A stretch of 64,000 nt of DNA, taken from contig OZ024742.1 of the NCBI GenBank assembly GCA_964016885.1, positions 19,406,001 through 19,470,000 of the forward strand, written 5' to 3'. A program made the translations under genes and the position numbers. The notes below the pieces were generated by a model that was not told where the DNA came from, ran no database searches, and saw only the letters and a program-made list of their open reading frames with translations. Within the stretch, counting starts at the first letter, position 1; each line of letters begins with the position of its first letter. The stretch comes from Eledone cirrhosa. Lineage: Eukaryota. Shown here piece after piece: positions 54,801-64,000 of this stretch.

Positions 54801-57800
54801 TACCGATGGTAGTGAGTAGAGGGGTGGTCCTAGGACCAAGGACACCAGAAGTCTCCACTGCTACAGGTAGCCAACTCGGTGTCGATGGTAGTGAGTAGGG
54901 AGGTGGTCCTAGGACCAAGGACACCAGAAGTCTCCACTGCTACAGGTAGCCAACTCGGTGTCGATGGTAGTGAGTAGGGAGGTGGTCCTAGGACCAAGGA
55001 CACCAGAAGTCTCCACTGCTACAAGTAGCCAACTCTGTACCGATGGTAGTGAGTAGAGGGGTGGTCCTAGGACCAAGGACACCAGAAGTCTCCACTGCTA
55101 CAGGTAGCCAACTCGGTGTCGATGGTAGTGAGTAGGGAGGTGGTCCTAGGACCAAGGACACCAGAAGTCTCCACTGCTACAGGTAGCCAACTCTGTACCG
55201 ATGGTAGTGAGTAGGGAGGTGGTCCTAGGACCAAGGACACCAGAAGTCTCCACTGCCACAGGTAGCCAACTCGGTGTCGATGGTAGTGAGTAGGGAGGAG
55301 GTCCTAGGACCAAGGACACTAGAAGTCTCCACTGCTACAGGTAGCCAACTCGGTGTCGATGGTAGTGAGTAGGGAGGAGGTCCTAGGACCAAGGACACCA
55401 GAAGTCTCCACTGCTACAGGTAGCCAACTCTGTACCGATGGTAGTGAGTAGAGGGGCGGTCCTAGGACCAAGGACACCAGAAGTCTCCACTGCTACAGGT
55501 AGCCAACTCTGTACCGATGGTAGTGAGTAGAGGGGCGGTCCTAGGACCAAGGACACCAGAAGTCTCCACTGCTACAGGTAGCCAACTCTGTACCGATGGT
55601 AGTGAGTAGAGGGGCGGTCCTAGGACCAAGGACACCAGAAGTCTCCACTGCTACAGGTAGCCAACTCTGTACCGATGGTAGTGAGTAGAGGGGTGGTCCT
55701 AGGACCAAGGACACCAGAAGTCTCCACTGCTACAGGTAGCCAACTCTGTACCGATGGTAGTGAGTAGAGGGGCGGTCCTAGGACCAAGGACACCAGAAGT
55801 CTCCACTGCTACAGGTAGCCAACTCTGTACCGATGGTAGTGAGTAGAGGGGCGGTCCTAGGACCAAGGACACCAGAAGTCTCCACTGCTACAGGTAGCCA
55901 ACTCTGTACCGATGGTAGTGAGTAGGGAGGTGGTCCTAGGACCAAGGACACCAGAAGTCTCTACTGCTACAGGTAGCCAACTCTGTACCGATGGTAGTGA
56001 GTAGGGAGGTGGTCCTAGGACCAAGGACACCAGAAGTCTCCACTGCTACAGGTAGCCAACTCGGTGTCGATGGCGGTGAGTAGGGAGGCGGTCCTAGGAC
56101 CAAGGACACCAGAAGTCTCCACTGCTACAGGTAGCCAACTCTGTACCGATGGTAGTGAGTAGAGGGGCGGTCCTAGGACCAAGGACACCAGAAGTCTCCA
56201 CTGCTACAGGTAGCCAACTCTGTACCGATGGTAGTGAGTAGGGAGGTGGTCCTAGGACCAAGGACACCAGAAGTCTCTACTGCTACAGGTAGCCAACTCT
56301 GTACCGATGGTAGTGAGTAGGGAGGTGGTCCTAGGACCAAGGACACCAGAAGTCTCCACTGCTACAGGTAGCCAACTCGGCGTCGATGGTAGTGAGTAGA
56401 GGGGAGGTCCTAGGACCAAGGACACCAGAAGTCTCCACTGCTACAGGTAGCCAACTCTGTACCGATGGTAGTGAGTAGAGGGGCGGTCCTAGGACCAAGG
56501 ACACCAGAAGTCTCCACTGCTACAGGTAGCCAACTCTGTACCGATGGTAGTGAGTAGGGAGGTGGTCCTAGGACCAAGGACACCAGAAGTCTCTACTGCT
56601 ACAGGTAGCCAACTCTGTACCGATGGTAGTGAGTAGGGAGGTGGTCCTAGGACCAAGGACACCAGAAGTCTCCACTGCTACAGGTAGCCAACTCGGTGTC
56701 GATGGTAGTGAGTAGAGGGGAGGTCCTAGGACCAAGGACACCAGAAGTCTCCACTGCTACAGGTAGCCAACTCTGTACCGATGGTAGTGAGTAGAGGGGC
56801 GGTCCTAGGACCAAGGACACCGGAAGTCTCCACTGCTACAGGTAGCCAACTCTGTACCGATGGTAGTGAGTAGGGAGGTGGTCCTAGGACCAAGGACACC
56901 AGAAGTCTCCATTGCTACAGGTAGCCAACTCTGTACCGATGGTAGTGAGTAGAGGGGTGGTCCTAGGACCAAGGACACCAGAAGTCTCCACTGCTACAGG
57001 TAGCCAACTCGGTGTCGATGGTAGTGAGTAGAGGGGTGGTCCTAGGACCAAGGACACCAGAAGTCTCCACTGCTACAGGTAGCCAACTCTGTACCGATGG
57101 TAGTGAGTAGGGAGGTGGTCCTAGGACCAAGGACACTAGAAGTCTCCACTGCTACAGGTAGCCAACTCTGTACCGATGGTAGTGAGTAGAGGGGTGGTCC
57201 TAGGACCAAGGACACCAGAAGTCTCCACTGCTACAGGTAGCCAACTCGGTGTCGATGGTGGTGAGTAGAGGGGCGGTCCTAGGACCAAGGACACCAGAAG
57301 TCCCCACTGCTACAGGTAGCCAACTCGGTGTCGATGGTAGTGAGTAGAGGGGTGGTCCTAGGACCAAGGACACCAGAAGTCTCCACTGCTACAGGTAGCC
57401 AACTCTGTACCGATGGTAGTGAGTAGGGAGGTGGTCCTAGGACCAAGGACACCAGAAGTCTCCACTGCTACAGGTAGCCAACTCGGTGTCGATGGTAGTG
57501 AGTAGAGGGGCGGTCCTAGGACCAAGGACACCAGAAGTCTCCACTGCTACAGGTAGCCAACTCGGTGTCGATGGTGGTGAGTAGAGGGGCGGTCCTAGGA
57601 CCAAGGACACCAGAAGTCTCCACTGCTACAGGTAGCCAACTCTGTACCGATGGTAGTGAGTAGAGGGGTGGTCCTAGGACCAAGGACACCAGAAGTCTCC
57701 ACTGCTACAGGTAGCCAACTCGGTGTCGATGGTAGTGAGTAGAGGGGTGGTCCTAGGACCAAGGACACCAGAAGTCTCCACTGCTACAGGTAGCCAACTC

Positions 57801-60800
57801 TGTACCGATGGTAGTGAGTAGGGAGGTGGTCCTAGGACCAAGGACACCAGAAGTCTCCACTGCTACAGGTAGCCAACTCGGTGTCGATGGTAGTGAGTAG
57901 AGGGGTGGTCCTAGGACCAAGGACACCAGAAGTCTCCACTGCTACAGGTAGCCAACTCTGTACCGATGGTAGTGAGTCGGGAGGTGGTCCTAGGACCAAG
58001 GACACCAGAAGTCTCCACTGCTACAGGTAGCCAACTCGGTGTCGATGGTAGTGAGTAGAGGGGTGGTCCTAGGACCAAGGACACCAGAAGTCTCCACTGC
58101 TACAGGTAGCCAACTCTGTAACGATGGTAGTGAGTAGAGGGGTGGTCCTAGGACCAAGGACACCAGAAGTCTCCACTGCTACAGGTAGCCAACTCTGTAC
58201 CGATGGTAGTGAGTAGGGAGGTGGTCCTAGGACCAAGGACACCAGAAGTCTCCACTGCTACAGGTAGCCAACTCTGTACCGATGGTAGTGAGTAGAGGGG
58301 TGGTCCTAGGACCAAGGACACCAGAAGTCTCCACTGCTACAGGTAGCCAACTCTGTACCGATGGTAGTGAGTAGAGGGGTGGTCCTAGGACCAAGGACAC
58401 CAGAAGTCTCCACTGCTAGAGGTAGCCAACTCTGTACCGATGGTAGTGAGTAGGGAGGTGGTCCTAGGACCAAGGACACCGGAAGTCTCCACTGCTACAG
58501 GTAGCCAGCTCTGTACCGATGGTAGTGAGTAGAGGGGTGGTCCTAGGACCAAGGACACCAGAAGTCTCCACTGCTACAGGTAGCCAACTCTGTAACGATG
58601 GTAGTGAGTAGAGGGGTGGTCCTAGGACCAAGGACACCAGAAGTCTCCACTGCTACAGGTAGCCAACTCTGTAACGATGGTAGTGAGTAGAGGGGTGGTC
58701 CTAGGACCAAGGACACCAGAAGTCTCCACTGCTACAGGTAGCCAACTCTGTACCGATGGTAGTGAGTAGGGAGGTGGTCCTAGGACCAAGGACACCAGAA
58801 GTCTCCACTGCTACAGGTAGCCAACTCTGTACCGATGGTAGTGAGTAGAGGGGTGGTCCTAGGACCAAGGACACCAGAAGTCTCCACTGCTACAGGTAGC
58901 CAACTCTGTACCGATGGTAGTGAGTAGAGGGGTGGTCCTAGGACCAAGGACACCAGAAGTCTCCACTGCTACAGGTAGCCAACTCTGTACCGATGGTAGT
59001 GAGTAGGGAGGTGGTCCTAGGACCAAGGACACAGGAAGTCTCCACTGCTACAGGTAGCCAACTCTGTACCGATGGTAGTGAGTAGAGGGGTGGTCCTAGG
59101 ACCAAGGACACCAGAAGTCTCCACTGCTACAGGTAGCCAACTCTGTACCGATGGTAGTGAGTAGAGGGGTGGTCCTAGGACCAAGGACACCAGAAGTCTC
59201 CACTGCTACAGGTAGCCAACTCTGTAACGATGGTAGTGAGTAGAGGGGTGGTCCTAGGACCAAGGACACCAGAAGTCTCCACTGCTACAGGTAGCCAACT
59301 CTGTAACGATGGTAGTGAGTAGAGTGGTGGTCCTAGGACCAAGGACACCAGAAGTCTCCACTGCTACAGGTAGCCAACTCTGTACCGATGGTAGTGAGTA
59401 GGGAGGTGGTCCTAGGACCAAGGACACCAGAAGTCTCCACTGCTACAGGTAGCCAACTCTGTACCGATGGTAGTGAGTAGAGGGGTGGTCCTAGGACCAA
59501 GGACACCAGAAGTCTCCACTGCTACAGGTAGCCAACTCTGTACCGATGGTAGTGAGTAGGGAGGCGGTCCTAGGGCCAAGGACACCAGAAGTCTCCACTG
59601 CTACAGGTAGCCAACTCTGTACCGATGGTAGTGAGTAGGGAGGTGGTCCTAGGACCAAGGACACCAGAAGTCTCCACTGCTACAGGTAGCCAAATCTGTA
59701 CCGATGGTAGTGAGTAGAGGGGAGGTCCTAGGGCCAAGGACACCAGAAGTCTCCACTGCTACAGGTAGCCAACTCTGTACCGATGGTAGTGAGTAGGGAG
59801 GTGGTCCTAGGACCAAGGACACCAGAAGTCTCCACTGCTACGGGTAGCCAACTCTGTACCGATGGTAGTGAGTAGAGGGGTGGTCCTAGGACCAAGGACA
59901 CCAGAAGTCTCCACTGCTACAGGTAGCCAACTCTGTACCGATGGTAGTGAGTAGAGGGGTGGTCCTAGGACCAAGGACACCAGAAGTCTCCACTGCTACA
60001 GGTAGCCAACTCTGTAACGATGGTAGTGAGTAGAGGGGTGGTCCTAGGACCAAGGACACCAGAAGTCTCCACTGCTACAGGTAGCCAACTCTGTACCGAT
60101 GGTAGTGAGTAGAGGGGCGGTCCTAGGACCAAGGACACCAGAAGTCTCCACTGCTACAGGTAGCCAACTCTGTACCGATGGTAGTGAGTAGGGAGGTGGT
60201 CCTAGGACCAAGGACACCAGAAGTCTCCACTGCTACAGGTAACCAACTCTGTACCGATGGTAGTGAGTAGGGAGGTGGTCCTAGGACCAAGGACACCAGA
60301 AGTCTCCACTGCTACAGGTAGCCAACTCTGTACCGATGGTAGTGAGTAGGGAGGTGGTCCTAGGACCAAGGACACCAGAAGTCTCCACTGCTACAGGTAG
60401 CCAACTCTGTACCGATGGTAGTGAGTAGGGAGGTGGTCCTAGGACCAAGGACACCAGAAGTCTCCACTGCTACAGGTAGCCAACTCTGTACCGATGGCGG
60501 TGAGTAGGGAGGTGGTCCTAGGACCAAGGACACCACAAGTCTCCACTGCTACAGGTAGCCAACTCTGTACCGATGGTAGTGAGTAGGGAGGTGGTCCTAG
60601 GGCCAAGGACACCAGAAGTCTCCACTGCTACAGGTAGCCAACTCCGTACCGATGGTAATGAGTAGAGGGGCGGTCCTAGGGCCAAGGACACCAGAATCTC
60701 CACTGCTACAGGTAGCCAACTCCGTACCGATGGTAGTGAGTAGGGAGGCGGTCCTAGGGCCAAGGACACCAGAAGTCTCCACTGCTACAGGTAACCAACT

Positions 60801-62211
60801 CCGTACCGATGGTAGTGAGTAGAGAGGTGGTCCTAGGACCAAGGACACCAGAAGTCTCCACTGCTACAGGTAGCCAACTCTGTACCGATGGTAGTGAGTA
60901 GAGGGGCGGTCCTAGGACCAAGGACACCAGAAGTCTCCACTGCTACAGGTAGCCAACTCTGTACCGATGGTAGTGAGTAGGGAGGCGGTCCTAGGACCAA
61001 GGACACCAGAAGTCTCCACTGCTACAGGTAGCCAACTCTGTACCGATGGTAGTGAGTAGGGAGGCGGTCCTAGGGCCAACGACACCAGAAGTCTCCACTG
61101 CTACAGGTAGCCAACTCTGTACCGATGGTAGTGAGTAGAGGGGTGGTCCTGGGGCCAAGGACACCAGAAGTCTCCACTACTACAGGTAGCCAACTCTGTA
61201 CCGATGGTAGTGAGTAGGGAGGCGGTCCTAGGGCCAAGGACACCAGAAGTCTCCACTGCTACAGGTAGCCAACTCTGTACCGATGGTAGTGAGTAGGGAG
61301 GTGGTCCTGGGGCCAAGGACACCAGAAGTCTCCACTGCTACAGGTAGCCAACTCTGTACCGATGGTAGTGAGTAGAGGGGCGGTCCTAGGACCAAGGACA
61401 CCAGAAGTCTCCACTGCTACAGGTAGCCAACTCTGTACCGATGGTAGTGAGTAGAGGGGCGGTCCTAGGGCCAAGGACACCAGAAGTCTCCACTGCTACA
61501 GGTAGCCAACTCTGTACCGATGGTAGTGAGTAGAGGGGTGGTCCTGGGGCCAAGGACACTAGAAGTCTCCACTGCTACAGGTAGCCAACTCTGTACCGAT
61601 GGTAGTGAGTAGAGGGGTGGTCCTGGGGCCAAGGACACCAGAGGTCTCCAATGCTACAGGTAGCCAACTCTGTACCGATGGTAGTGAGTAGAGGGGTCGT
61701 CCTGGGGCCAAGGACACCAGAAGTCTCCACTGCTACAGGTAGCCAACTCTGTACCGATGGTAGTGAGTAGAGGGGCGGTCCTAGGACCAAGGACACCAGA
61801 AGTCTCCACTGCTACAGGTAGCCAACTCTGTACCGATGGTAGTGAGTAGGGAGGTGGTCCTAGGACCAAGGACACCAGAAGTCTCCACTGCTACAGGTAG
61901 CCAACTCTGTACCGATGGTAGTGAGTAGAGGGGTGGTCCTGGGGCCAAGGACACCAGAAGTCTCCACTGCTACAGGTAGCCAACTCTGTACCGATGGTAG
62001 TGAGTAGAGGGGTGGTCCTGGGGCCAAGGACACCAGAAGTCTCCACTGCTACAGGTAGCCAACTCTGTACCGATGGTAGTGAGTAGGGAGGCGGTCCTGG
62101 GGCCAAGGACACCAGAAGTCTCCACTGCTACAGGTAGCCAACTCCGTACCGATGGTAGTGAGTAGGGAGGCGGTCCTAGGGCCAAGGACACCAGAAGTCT
62201 CCACTGCTACA
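45782..62211. repeat. 79-bp tandem satellite, 208 copies
   Basis: Unit GGTAGCCAACTCTGTACCGATGGTAGTGAGTAGAGGGGTGGTCCTAGGACCAAGGACACCAGAAGTCTCCACTGCTACA. Length 16430 = 208x79 - 2 (two units with a 1-bp deletion, near 53428 and 60695). Confidence 0.98.
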
Positions 62212-62833
62212 GGCTTGATCACAAACCAGTCGAAGAGCGACCGATATTTGGAGGGTTTACCCTCCTCTGCCCAAAGTTCATCAGGACCTGGAATAAATAA
62301 TAAACAGGAAGAACAGATAAAAGAGGAAGGGGGTTTAAATCAAATATTGAATAAACGGGCAAGGGGAACGAGTGTGGTTCTCCGACAATTTTCCTTTCAT
62401 GAACTCACGTCTAAACTTGTAACTTGCCAGGAGACGGTAGTATTAACAATTAGATAACTAAACTGTTGTTATCTCTAGTTATGGTGTCAGCAAGTTCTTC
62501 TATATTTTATATATCTTCTATCCTTTTTCTTGCCAAACTAAACATTACCCGAAAGATGAGAGGAAACATTGATTTCTGTGATAGACACCAGTTGGAAATA
62601 GCAGAGACCTCTTTATTTTACTATTTACATCTATGGTCTGTTGACTATCAGAACCTCTCTCCTCTCTCAATATATATATATATATAATCTTTCTCTCACT
62701 CTCTCTCTCTATCTTCCTGTTCCTCCCTCTCCTTCTCGCTCTCTATTTTCCTCTGTCTCTCTCTCTCTCTCTCACTCTCTCACTCACCCTCTATCTCTCT
62801 CTCTCTCCTTTTGTCTCTCTTTCCTCTCTCTCA

Positions 62834-62865
<32 letters not shown>

Positions 62866-63339
62866 CCTCTCACCCCTCTCTATCTTCTTGTTCCTCCCTC
62901 TCCTTCTGTCTCTGTTTACCTTTTACATACACATATATATATATATAAGAGAGGGAGAGAAGATAAAAAAGGATTTTTTTCTTTCCCTGTCTCCCTCCCC
63001 TCTCACTTCCTCTTTATCTTGTCCCTCCTTCTCTCTCGCTGTCACTCACCCCCCCCCCTCTCTCTCTCTCATATGTTAACCCAGGCTTTCTTTCTGTTCT
63101 TTGTATGTCGCAGAAACTATACAATAATTAGTAGACAACCATATTTAAGCAGTCAGGAATATCGGTTGTGTTAACAGACGGCTTTAATAACATATGAAGC
63201 ATTCAATACAGGTGTATTAATATCAACGGATATTCAGAATAGAATAAACCTTTACCTATCTATAACTCAAATATTTTAATAGTAGTGGTGGTGGTGGTGG
63301 TAGTGGTGGTGGTGGTAGTATAAAGATAACACAAAATTC

Positions 63340-63690
63340 CGGTTGTGATTGGAATGGTCCTCCGTTGGTTTCGTCGAGGAATGTTCAGGTTAGTCGATTA
63401 ATGACACAGCCTTTTAATGAAATTAACGTGTATCTTGTTGAACATTCAACAGACGCGTGTACTCGCAATAATATACTCAGGGAGATTCGGTGTGAGACTG
63501 TGTGAAAAGACAGGCCATTTGAATTAGACGTACAGTCCTTCCTACGGGCTTCTGAAATGTTTCTGTCTACTTAAGTTCACTAACAGGTCATGGGACGACG
63601 ACACGAGACTATAAATGAGACTTTCCCCAAGATACCTCGCCATGGGATCGAACTCGGAACCTAATGATTGCGGAGCGAACTGCTTAAACA
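63340..63690 (-). mobile_element. Degenerate SINE of the second family
   Basis: Reverse complement of the shared tail plus gggatcgaactc B-box complement. Confidence 0.5.
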
Positions 63691-63745
63691 TTCCACACTT
63701 TTGCCTCCACAACGTTTAGGATTGCAATTAAGATATATTTTCCAT

Positions 63746-63822
63746 CCTCTACCACTCCTTGCTTCATCCTTTATTACCTCTACCACTGCTTGCTTCATCC
63801 TTTATTACCTCTACCACTGCTT
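63746..63822. repeat. 31-bp minisatellite, ~2.5 copies
   Basis: cctctaccact.cttgcttcatcctttatta repeated. Confidence 0.8.
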
Positions 63823-64000
63823 ACCACACTCTTTATGACCTCACCCATTCTTTACCTCATTCATTAAGTCTTCCGTCATTCCTATAAGACTTCTACCAAC
63901 TCAGTCTTTTAAAGCTTCTACTAATTTTTGTCCCAGTCTTTAAGGATTCAACCTGATTATTTACTGCTTTTGCAAATAAAAGGATGGCGATGGTCATCTA

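Noticed and set aside
45782-62211. CRISPR-like array or repetitive protein ORFs (MSLVLGPP...)
   Set aside because: No unique spacers and no cas genes in a eukaryotic context; 79 is not a multiple of 3 and the frames hit stops every few units.

Overview
AT-rich eukaryotic (animal) DNA, very dense in (TA)n/(CA)n/(GA)n microsatellites and dispersed repeats. The repeat landscape suggests a cephalopod such as Octopus (inference, not searched). Almost every ORF in the supplied track is a repeat artefact. Two small + strand exons missed by the track (8688-8794, 18439-18517) splice in frame to a complete thrombospondin type-1 domain, so most of the window is probably intronic to an ADAMTS-like/papilin-type gene. 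Main structures: (1) several type I hammerhead-ribozyme motifs with intact cores, mostly in (TA)n-flanked foldback palindromes or in a 628-bp direct-repeat-bounded unit, resembling Penelope-like element (PLE) pseudo-LTRs or retrozymes; (2) a young 2.7-kb non-autonomous LTR element (554-bp LTRs, TG...AA ends, 4-bp TSD, tRNA-Trp-like PBS plus extra PBS-like motifs) inserted in a SINE; (3) a 16.4-kb, 208-copy, 79-bp satellite grown from the end of a dispersed element that has three other copies in the window, with 4-unit and 92-unit higher-order duplications; (4) Helitron, piggyBac-type MITE, mariner and RTE relics and many tRNA-derived SINEs. All calls were made by eye; no searches or folding programs were run.
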